Source: Lingula anatina (taxonomy: Eukaryota > Animalia > Brachiopoda). From it: a DNA stretch of 64,000 bases. Positions 25,801 to 37,800 of this stretch are shown here, piece after piece. Below the pieces are notes generated by a model. The model saw only the letters and a list, made by a program, of their open reading frames with translations, was not told the DNA's origin and searched no databases. The position numbers were made by a program, and so were the translations under genes. Numbering within the stretch: the stretch's first letter is position 1; every line of letters begins with the position of its first letter. Location: positions 29,407,967 through 29,471,966 of the forward strand of contig CM120640.1 in assembly GCA_051362555.1 (NCBI GenBank), given 5' to 3'.

Positions 25801-28800
25801 ACAGACTTAACTAATAATATTAATGGAAAGTGTTACCCTTCGGGTCATCTTTCATCTCCGTGAATTTAGGGTCAATCGGTGCATTTTCACGGGAGTAGCG
25901 GCCATAAGATATCAAAACTGAAAACTGTCTCTAATTCGGGAACCGTTAATGCTAGACACCCATTCTTTTTTGCATTATGTAGAGCATGTAAAGCCCAACA
26001 CTGGAGGTGGTCTCCATTTTTTTGTATTCCATACGGTTTTCGAGTTACGCTTTATCAAAAAGTACATATTGGTGGTGAAAGCAAAATGTGCAGGCTTGGC
26101 AAAGCAGACAACTTGTGGTCAAAAATGACATTATTTCATCAAATTTGAACATCTGGAACTTCAGAGCACCTCCCATTTCAATAATTTTGACCAAAATGAC
26201 CTTTTCTTTATTTTAATTAATTTTTTTCTGTAGGAAATTTATGGCACACTATGGTAACTCCAATATTATACCATTTAGTCCCTTATATCTCCAAAACTGG
26301 CAGAGATAGGTCCATAGTTTCTATTGAACTTGAATAGGAAGTCATATACTGGCAATCTAAACGTGACCTTAAAATTGACCTTTGACCTACTTTTCACCAT
26401 GAACTGAACTTTGCAAATTTTGCTTCCCTTTTATCTCCAAAACTGGCAGAGATAGGTCCATAGTTACTATTGAAGTTGAATAGGAAGTCATATACTGGCA
26501 ATCTACATGTGACCTTAAAATTGACCTTTGACCTACTTTTCACCATGAACTGAACTTTGCATATTTTGCTTCCCCTTTATCTCCAAAACTGACAGAGATA
26601 GGTTCATAGTTACTATTGAACTTGAATAGGAAGTTATATACTGGCAATCTAAGTGTGACCTTGAAATTGACCTTTGACCTACTTTTCACCATGAACTGAA
26701 CTTTGCAAATTTTGCTTCCCTTTTATCTCCAAAACTGGCAGAGATAGGTCCATAGTCTCTATTGAAGTTGAATAGGAAGTCATATACTGGCAATCTACAT
26801 GTGACCTTAAAATTGACCTTTGATCTACTTTTCACCATGAACTGAACTTTGCATATTTTGCTTCCCCTTTATCTCCAAAACTGACAGAGATAGGTTCATA
26901 GTTACTATTGAACTTGAATAGGAAGTTATATACTGGCAATCTAAGTGTGACCTTGAAATTGACCTTTGACCTACTTATTATCATGAACTGAACTCTGCTA
27001 ATTTCTTTCTCTTTTAACTCCAAACCTGGCAGAGATAGGCCCATAGTTACTATTGAAGTTGAATAGGAAGTCTGGCAATTTACTGTGACCTTGGAATTGA
27101 CCTTTGACCTACCTTATGATGAACTTAACTTTGATTGTACCATTTTTTTAGTTATATATATATTTTTTGCATATTTTGAAAATTCTCTTCGATTGCATTT
27201 TTACAGCTTGTCAAGCACAAGACTAGTGGCTGTCTTCCTTTTTTTGTGTATGTGGGGGTCTATACGAATGTGCTTGCTCCAGCTGGTGGTACAATATTCG
27301 GAGGCGGTATCGCCTCTCTGATCCTCTAGTTTGATTAAGTCATCCAAAAATATCTTATGTTACTGTTCACCTGACATGTAGTCTAATCAAGTGAGTGCAA
27401 ACTTGACATGTGTAAGATAAAAAATTTTAAGTAATCAGATTGAGACTAATCATTCCGTCTGAATGGCAGTCTTTTTTATCAAGTGTCAGAGCTGTTGACG
27501 ATTATTGTTTTATGTACAGTCTGTCTGTCTGTCTGTCTGTCTGTGTCATCACATTTGCTGTCGCTGACCAACACATGATGTACGCCCCATAACTGCCAAA
27601 CTGTTTTTTGTTTTACTTTAAATTTACTGAATTGAGCAGGTTGCTTTCAAAAATGGGCATGATCCATTCACATTTACGGGAATTAATCTGGTTATTTGCA
27701 AAATTTTGGAGATGTTTGTCCATTAACTTCCAAATTTTTGGCTTTGTTTGGTAAAGAGGCAGGTTGGTTTCAAAAATCGGCATGATTGGCTTACATTTAC
27801 AGTAATTATTCTGTTTTTTTTTTTGTTTTTGTTTTTTTCAATATTTTATTTTTCACACATTAACATTTTCAGTGGCTTTTATAGCCCATGAAACTGACTT
27901 ACTTTTTTAAAGTGATAACTCTTCGTATGAGATCTATATTTCACAACAAATACATTGTAAACAACTCATAGAAATATAATATATTCTATTTTACCACAAA
28001 AACGATAGTAATAGCAATAAATCTGAAATATGTGCTTGCCGTCTGACCACATGACCTCCATAGATGGCTATACTCTGTAATAATCTCTTAAGAGATAATT
28101 ACAAAAAAACTTTTTAGAAAAAAAACAGGGACTAACTTTGTATGTAGAAATGGATTCATTAACCATTGTTAAGTATGGGAAAATTGCTGTTTACCTCAGG
28201 AAAATTCATTTTTGGCCAAAATAGACAGTTGTTATCCCTTTAATCTCCATGTTACTTGTAGTACATAATGTAAGAGGGTAAGAGTTATAATGCTGTTGTA
28301 AAGCATTATGTAATAGTGCATCAAAATTGGCCAAAACATTATTTGGTGCACTCTTTTCTGCATCTGAATGTCTGAACATTTTTAGAAATAAAATTAAGTT
28401 GGTTATTGTGTTTTATGTAATAAGTGCTGAAAATGAAAATAGTACATTTCAGTACTTGTGTACATATTGGCATTTTCAAGATTTGAATTTGAATTTCCTT
28501 GGGACTGAAGACCTTTACTAGTCACATTTTCTAGATGTCTGTATTACTGCAGTGCTGAATTTTACATTGATGGTGATTATAAGCTGTTAAGCATTGTGTA
28601 ACATTGCATCAAAATTGAAAAAAAAATCTGTGTACTGTGAAATGCTCTTTAAGGAAAACTTTGTTAAATTCAAATTATTGTTTTTCTTTTTATCAAGAGC
28701 TTGTAAAATATGTGGGTATTACCTCCAATATTTCTGTGACTGTCAGTCACTATCATCAGGGAGTAAATGAAATGAAATGAAATGAAATAGTTTATTCTCA

Positions 28801-31800
28801 TTTACTGTACATTTACAGTTTAGAGAGCATATATATATATACATCAACCTGAAGGCTTGACCCCCTTATTCACAATACTAATGAATTTGTACAAATTATT
28901 CAGTTTTTTCTTATTTTTCGTTGAAAATATTTCATACATTTTAATTACATTCGGTCTAATACATGCTTTTTTTGGAATATATAAGTTTCGACTTTCTGCA
29001 AAAAAGGTACATCTACAGACATAATGAAATTCATCCCCTATTTCATTTTTACACAAGTTGCATAATCTCAAATTTCTAGGTATTTTTTTCCATCTGCCCG
29101 TTTCAATTGGTAATCTATGATTTGTTGTTCTGAATCTAGCTATTGTAATTATTTTGTGTGTACATAAAGTAGAAAGTATATAATTCCTGCATTTAAACTC
29201 TGAGTTTGTAAAAATACTATAGCTTAACCCTTTACTAGAGTTGTTACAATCTGAATTCCATTCTTGTATATACTGATCCTGCAATTTCTGTTTAACACAA
29301 TTTATAAGCCATTCCTTGTTACAGACATCCTGTGTGCTAAATATATTACTTAAACCACAGTTATCCAGAATGGATTTCAGATTTCCCATCCACTTACATT
29401 CACATCCCTGCATAAATTTATTATAAACGAGTTTATACAATATATATGAAAATTTACTTTGTTTACCTGTGAGCAAGTTTATCCAGAATGATACAATTCT
29501 TCCTTTTATAATAATACTTAATGGCATTCTACCTAATTCCCCATATATCATTATCTTGGGAGTGCTGGTTTTTAGATTTAATAGATATCTACAAAATTTC
29601 AAGTGCACCTGTTCTATGATTTCTAAATTACCAAATCCCCATACTTCACACCCATATAATAAAATCGGAACAATAATCTTATCAAAGAGATATAGCTGAT
29701 CAACAATGCTTAGATTTAGATGCCTTGCTTTCTTTAATATCCCATACATAGCTTTAGTTGCTTTCTTTGCTGAATACCTTTTTGTTTCTGAAAATGATCC
29801 CGTTTTAGAGAAATAAACTCCTAAGTACTTGAAACAATTAACTATTTCTACATTTTGGTTATTAAAAGTAAATTTTATATTCTTTTGGGTGCGGCCCTTA
29901 GAAACTATCATGATTTTTGTCTTTTCTACATTTACTTCTAACTTCCATATTTGACAGTAGGTGGAGTAGCAATTAAGTTGATATTGTAGGTTTTCTTTTG
30001 AATCTGCTAGGAGAACCGTATCATCTGCATATAATATGATCATTATTTGCATTAATATGTGTAGTTCATGTTCTAGTTCATCTGTTACATGTGTTAAGCC
30101 TGTGACATCTTTTTGGATTAGAAATTCTTCAAGATCATTTAGAAATACTGAGAATAAGAAGGGTGATAGGTTTTCGCCCTGTCGTACTCCTGTTTTGCAT
30201 GGGAAATATTCCGATAATATACCATTTAAAGATATTCTAGATTTACAGCCATTATACATGTTTACAATAACGTTCAGACATTTTCCATTTACATTGTGGT
30301 TCATTAGCTTCCCCCATAACCCTGCCCTCCATATTTTATCAAAAGCTGCTTTTAGATCTATGAAAGCACAATATAATTTCTTTTTTGATGCAACTGAAAG
30401 GTCTATAAGTGTATTTAATGTAAATATGTGATCAATGGTAGAATAGTTGGCTCGGAAGCCAGCTTGGTTTTCCTGTAACAGCATAACGTTGTCAGAGTAA
30501 TCAGTTAGTCTTTTACATAATATAGAAGTGAATACTTTACCCAGACAACTGAGTAAAGTAATTGGCCTATAGTTCTTTGGGTCATTTATGTTTCCCTTTT
30601 GCTTATAGATTGGGATTATAGTGCCTATTAACCATGCTTCTGGTAAAATACCAGTATCTAATACCAAATTAAATAATTTTTTATAGATTGGCATCATAGT
30701 GCTGGCAGAAGAGATAATATACTCATTCAATATCTTGTCAGCACCAGCACTTTTATTTTTCTTTAATTTTTTTATTGTGTTTTGGATTTCAGTTTCAGTA
30801 ATTGGTTCATTAAGCATTTCATTATTTATCTGGTTATGGTTATAATTCGGTGGGTTATTTCCATCTACACTACTGTTTACTTCCTTGAAATAATTGTAAA
30901 ACTCGTCTATGTTTTTTATTTCCAGTCTTTGTTCAGATTTTTTGTTTAATATTTTCCAATATTCCTTTGGACTTGCATACCTGAGTTTCCTTATTTTGTT
31001 CATAATAGTTATTCTATGCTTTTTAATTCTATTATCTAGTGTGGTCTTGTAGCACTTTTCTGCTTTTCTAAGTTCACTTTTGAAAATATTTGAATTTCAT
31101 TTTTGTTACTAATTCTATACTTGTATGTCCCTAGCGCTAATTTAGCTGAGTTAAGCAAAATTTCAGCAATTTTTTCTGTGATAAAGTCTATTTTCTCCTT
31201 ACAGACATCATTTATGTTAAGATTACCAATGTATTGCAAAATTTTGTCACTTTCTTGTTTATCAATATTATCACAAAATAGGGTTGATCTGGTGTTGTCC
31301 CATGCTTTGATTTTTTCAATAAAAAGGTCTGTTGTTTTCTTAACTTTATCTGTTTGTTGTTTGTGCTGACCGCTTTTGAGTGAACAAGACAATGGTAAAT
31401 GTATATCAGAGAAAAGTTTAGAAAAATCTAATATTTCAAAGTCAACTACACCCCTTATAAATTCTGGTGTTCCTATGCAATAATCTACAACACTTGACCT
31501 AATTGTAGTAAACTTGCCTTTCTCTAGTCTACCATTTAGCACAAAAAGATTATTTGATTTACATAGATTTAGTAAGTGATATCCGTAATTATTTTTCTTG
31601 GCATCATTTGACTGCCTTTTTCTAGGAATGTTCAGTTCATCAAGTTTAGCAATATCATTTAATCTGTCAATGTCTGGGTCACCTGTATTAAGTTCATGAC
31701 TAGTTACTTCATCTGTGGCCCAGAAATCATCATTTGTTCCTATTCGAGCATTAAAATCTCCTATTAAACAAATTTTATCGTATGTAGAGCTTATGACAAG

Positions 31801-34800
31801 ATATTCTCTTTCAATTTCATTAAATGCATCTGGTGAGCTGTAATTAGACTTCTCAGGGGGTATATAAGCAACACCTAGAATACAGTCATCATTAAAGTCT
31901 AAACATGATCCATCAATTTTGAACCATTGAATGTATTCTGAGTCAGTTTCAAGTGGTTCTATAAAACTAGCTAATTGATTTTTACACCCAAGAACTATTC
32001 CACCTGAACGATAATTTGAAAATGCTTTTCTATGTTTAGCAAAGAATGTAAAGTTTGGCAAATCAATATTGTCTTGTTCATCAATTTTTGATTCTGTAAA
32101 ACATACTATGTCATATTTTTCAATTAGTTCTCTAAAGTCTGGGTATTGCAATCTCCTGCTTAGCCCACATACATTTAAATAAAAAAGTTTAAGATCCTCT
32201 GTTATGTCATAGTCTAGATTTGTGCTGTTACTAGTGCTGTTACCTTCTCTTTGGGGGTCATTAGGATATAACATATTTATTCTCAGATTATCAAGTTCAT
32301 ATTGGATATTGGTGCCTTCATGGTTGTCCTATGTTCCATGTACCGATCCCGGTGTGGAGCGTGGGGTTTCCTGGGTTCGTTTCGCCGGTTGTTCAGAGTC
32401 GGGCACAAATAGCACGTTGTTGATATACAGTTTATCATAAACCATTACCGCTTTCTTTTGTTGTCTCTTTGCTGACTTATAAAAGGGATAGAGCATCTTT
32501 CTTTTCTCGTTAATTTCATGGGGGTATTGTTCATTTATCCCATATTTATTGTTTTCTATACCTTTGAGTGACACCGCTCTTCTCTTAATGTTGTCTCTTA
32601 CTTTAGAGTTGGCAAATTTAGCTATAATTGGTCGTGGTTTACCTGGTGTCTTTTTCCCCATTCTGTGTACTCTATGGAAAGCTGGCATGTGTTCCACCTT
32701 CATTTTATTTTCCAGAAAATCGACCAGTATGGTTTCTGTGTCTTCCTCGTCTGTTTCCTCAATCCCCGTGAAAATAAGGTTATCGCGCATGCTTCGGGCC
32801 TGTAGGTCTACTTGTTTTTCCTTCAGGGTTACAATTTCGTTTTTCAAGTGTGTAAGGTTATCTTGTACTGCGTCGATAACTTTCGTAGTTTTTGCCTCGT
32901 CCCTTTCAAGCATTTTCATATTTTTCTGCATCTCTTTCAGTTCAATTCGGTTGGTTTCTGATATTATGTTCAAAGCACTGAGTCCATCTTCAATTTCCCC
33001 GACCTTATCTTTCATACCTTTCATCTCGTTTTTCATGGTCTCCATCGCATTCTCCATGTAAATCAGCCGGCGGTCTATTACGTCTAGCTTTTCCAGTCGT
33101 GCGTTTACCTCGTCAACCTTTCTAGTAAGATTTCCAATCAATCCATACAAGTCTCCTGGTTGGGGCACTGGTGAAATATATCCCGGGAATTGTCCCTGGG
33201 GAGAAAACTGCAAAAACCCTTGTGGCTGCGGTGCTTGGCTCATTGTTGAGCTCACACGTGGTATTGGCGTCGAGTGATTCGTTGTCACCTGTATCTTGTT
33301 GACGCTTTCTCCACTGATATTCTTTTCTTTGTTTTTCCTTTTGTTGTTTTTCTTTACCATGGTATGCGGGCGTAACTATAATTTTCATCATACCTCATGC
33401 TACTAAGCTGTCAAGGTAGAGTCCTTTCAATAAAGAAGAAAATGTAGAGGACCTCGTTCATGAGCCTCTCCCACGACCGGAACCGGAACTTTAATTCTAG
33501 GGTCATTTCACCTGGAATGAAAATCCAGGTCAATTGCCCCTAATCACTGGCCTTGTGTTGCAACTGTTACTTCCTCCCCCCGGGCACAATTTGGTGAACC
33601 AGCTTGACTGGATTATTTTTCTTTCTTGTTGTCCGTACATTTGACAGCTTTACTGCCTTGTTTTTCTGCTTATTATTATTTTTATTTCATGAAGGATAAA
33701 GGGTCTTTTATAATAAGTTGAATCAAATGCAGTGTTGATTACTTCTTCAGGTTGTGGTACTTTGTTCCTGGTTGATTTTCTTCCCAGTGGTCCACAGCTT
33801 CTGAGAACCTATGACTGGAATGATGGACTCTTTGACGTGACATGGGCAGAGAATAATGAAAACATTGCTGTAACAGCTTCAGGAGATGGTGGAATACAAA
33901 TCTGGGATGTTGCACAGCAAAGAGTGAGTTAAATAATTTTAAAAATTGCTCACAGCAAACAATTTAAAGTCTGTTACACAGAAACGTAAGTAAATACCAA
34001 ACATTAAAATATGAATGCGTGAACAGTGTAGTTAAGTACATGGATTGCTTCTTGTTAAAATTATCTGAGGACAATTAAAAGTTTTAAATTTTACTTAGTG
34101 GTTGTGTGTGTGTGTAGACATTTATGGGAAGTGCAGTCCTCTGAGTGATTTGATTGAAAAGCTTTTCAGACCTATTTGCCTTCCAGGCAAGTGCCTCAAA
34201 AAGTTTTATGTCAAGCCCTGGTCAATACAAGCATTTCTGCCAGTTTTGTTAAACAGTATAGGAGAGGGGATACACACAACAAATTTTCTGTTCCATTTCA
34301 TTTTTTTTTCTGTTTAGTTTCTTTACAAGTTTTAAAACTGTTTTTAATTTCCATTACAGGGTCCAATTATGGATTACAAAGAACACACCCAAGAGGTAAT
34401 AACATAGTTCAAACAATATCAGTGAAGAGCTGCACTGTCATGCTATCGTTTTCAGCAGAGAACCGGTGTGAGATAGCGATCGGTAGTGTTACTGAGGTGC
34501 ACAATAGCTCCCTCAATAGGGATTTCAATAACAGAACAAGAGAAGCAAAGAGCTGCAGTAAAGATTGCCATTATTGCTTTCTTGGTTCACTTTTTTGATT
34601 GCCAGACTATCCTCCATGAATGAAGTCCCTTGAACAAATATGAAAAACTGCTTTCTCATCTTGCTCGAATGGCTTTATGATCTCACCTTGATGATCTCAC
34701 TGGGATCGCTCTTGATCTCCCACTGATGATCTTCCGCTAACAAGGTGCCTTGAACAAATATGTAAATTGCCTTCTAGGTGAAGATAATCTGGTCGAGGTA

Positions 34801-37800
34801 GATGCTAATGGCCGGCTGTCTCTCCCTTCATTCCCTTTCTGAATGCCAGGATCCTTTTTGAGAAACGACACTAGTTTCTGGCTGCCAGAATGGCTTCTGA
34901 AGAATGACACTGCTGATTATGGTGCTGTTTTGCATCCTTAGCCTACAGTACTGATTGTTATCAAGCACCTTGAGCCATACACATGGTGATGAGGTGAAAG
35001 TATGTGTGTCCCTTGGGTCGCGATTACCGACACTCACTTTTTATACAATATGGTAACTGACACAGAGATCGTCAAGAAAAGATAACATAGGGCTTAGCGA
35101 CAAACAGACAATTCCTTGTCAAAAATGATAGAATTTAATAAATTTGAACATATGGAATTTCTGAATACCTCTTATTTCATGAATTTTCGGCCAAAACAAT
35201 CTTTTCCTTATTTTAATTAATTCATGGCCCATTACCATAATATGTGTACAGTTTAATTGAAAAAAAAAGAATGCAATATGTCAGCACAGTTACTGATTTT
35301 GATATTTTTTCAGGGGGTCAATTATTTTGCCAGTACATGCAGTTATACTAGTATACTTTTACATTTTTGGGAGGAGGGGGTGGGCTTAAACTATAATACA
35401 AATATATGGCAAAAGGTATTAGTTGAAACATGCCTATTATGGTGACTTTTGACAAACTGATCCTTTATTCTTTTTAATGGAAGTAAAATGCCATACCTTT
35501 CAAAATACAAAGTCAGATCAGAACTAGCTTATTAGTATAATCTTATCATGTCTGTCATCAGTGCATAAGGTAGGATCAGATTATAAGTATTTTAATTATC
35601 AACTTTCAAGATCACATGAGGGTTATTAAGTGTTTGAAATGCTACATGAAAATTTTACATGACACAAACATGTAGAAGTCTTTTAGTAATAAGTTTTTCT
35701 TTTATTTAACAAGTTGATATTGTTTGTTTCAATATTGTTATAAGAATGTATTTTACTCCAAAGCCCCCCTCCCTTCCCACTGCCGTCACATAGCTTTTCA
35801 GGATTATCATTTTCCCATGAGTTTTTAGAACTGTCACCCATGCAAACCTTTTACTTGCATGTACAGTGTATATGTTAAGCCTCTCACCACCCTAAGTCAG
35901 GGTGTACATGTATTGTACTTTTTTTTTCTAGGTTCACAGTGTTGACTGGAGCCAGACTAGATCAGAGCACCTGGTGCTGAGTGCATCCTGGGACAAAACA
36001 ATCAAACTGGTGAGAACCTTGGTCTATGTACATGTTGAAAACTGATTATTGTATCACTAGTCTGGTGCTGGCAGAGCACATGGTTTTAGTCCCGACCGGT
36101 ATTGTCTGCCGGCTCTGCTGCCACGTCACTGTTACCGCTTCTCCTTCAAGACTACAACAGCCCATGTATCCATCTCTTGTATGTAGGTCACAAATAATCT
36201 CAACTTGATCCATGGGAAATGTGGGCTTTGTCGATGCTCGGGTCTAGGTGTGGCCATTATAGCAATTCACCCTTGGCCAATAGTTGCAAAGTTAAATGTT
36301 AAATATCTCCCAAACAGAAGGAACTATGAGAAAATTTTCATTGGTGGCTGATCGAAAGTAATATGTGGAGATTTCAAATATGCCCTTGGATTTGACCTCT
36401 GACCTTCATTTCAAGGTTAAACATGCCAAATTTTCTAAAAATCTGAATTTTTTGCAAAAAATAAATTATTTGTGCTGGATTTCAGAAAGTACACAGACCT
36501 AAGCTTTTGTATTTTACTAAGGAATTACAATAAGGGACTTCTTTCATCTTCAGGAGTTTGGGGTCAATCAGTGGACTTTCACGAGAGAAGCAGCAACAAG
36601 TCGTAAGAGTAAAAACTCTCACTAATTCTGAGATACACCTATAGTTACTATTGAACTTGAATAGGAATTAGGAATCAATATTCAATATGAAGTTGGCCCT
36701 ACCTAATACCAAGCTATAGATTTAAAAATTAATTGCCTTCCATGTACTTCTCAACTTTCTCAAAGCTCTCTATAGTTAATAAGTTTTTAATTGAGCCAAC
36801 CATGGGGTCAGAACAGCAGGCAACATATAACAGTTTCCTTGGTCAGAAAAAGGTAATCCTAGAATCTGCACATGCATAGGAATGGAAGCAAACACAGGTA
36901 GCCATGTGCTCATTGGCCAAAAGTACATAGGTCAAATCAGAATAAACATAGGTCATATGATAAAAAGAAAAAATAGCTTACATTCGTGCATAGGGCACAC
37001 ATGGTCATGATATCCTCATTTAATACAAACAATCCGTGTGACTTTATGAATTTCAGTTTTTGTTAGCCGATGTTTACAGATGATTCTTTTCAATGTATTA
37101 TGTTTTTGTTTTTTCCAACATATATTATACCCTCTACCAGGGCCACAGATTGATTTTTCACTAGATATTTTAATATTTCACTAGATATCTTAAAAGAGAT
37201 AAGTCTCTTGTTAAATAGATGGCTAATCTCTATACTACGCCTCAGCAAAAATGTCCACAATTATAACTACAGCCCTTGTGAGGGTACATATATTATACCA
37301 TATGCAATACAGAAAACACATTTCAAGGAAAACCAAGAGGCTTATTGACTTAAAACTTACAGGTGTCATCAATATTACTAACATACAGGTTGACTTCAAA
37401 AATCAGGTTGATTGGACTTTTTTTTATGTACAGGCACAGAGGACACACCATGCACTTTCAGTAATATCACAGTGCAAAGTGCAAAACTGTTTTACCTTTT
37501 GTCTGTAAACTTTTAAGGAACTGATGAATATCCATAAGATACAGCTTGATCAGGCCTAAACGTTATGCTGGTTTTTTTGCTTTTTTCAGCTTATGTGCAT
37601 TACTGAAAACACATAAAGTGGAAAATGGGTTGACATTTTATCTTCAAAGTTACAGGAGTGATCAGTATTACTAAAATACAGTTTAAGTTTGAAAACCAGC
37701 CTGATTGGGCTATTTTTTGTGAAATTATGCAGTTTTTTCAAACGTTCATTTTTCACATTTTGGCATTTTCAAGCTGTGATTTCTATGGGCCTAAATGCCT

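Larger units (their letters stand above)
28765..33490 (-). mobile_element. Near full-length non-LTR retrotransposon (RTE-X-like LINE) in PEX7 intron 1, antisense
   Basis: ORF1, APE endonuclease, RT and Cys/His C-terminus. 3' UTR hairpin ACTGTA-aatg-TACAGT (28804-28819), AATAAA (28791-28796) and (CATTT)n tail (28765-28788). The 5' boundary is approximate and no TSD was found. Confidence 0.92.

Noticed and set aside
29469-33061. Plus-strand ORFs 29469..29699, 30036..30431, 31103..31369, 32222..32440 and 32549..33061
   Set aside because: Antisense shadows of the LINE ORFs.
33400-33520. Target-site duplication for the large LINE
   Set aside because: Flanks at 28750-28764 and 33480-33510 share no convincing direct repeat; the 5' end is left approximate.
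34430-35040. Possible PIF/Harbinger transposase remnant ([11 protein letters not shown]) in PEX7 intron 3
   Set aside because: Similarity is too short to support without a profile search; no TIRs were resolved.
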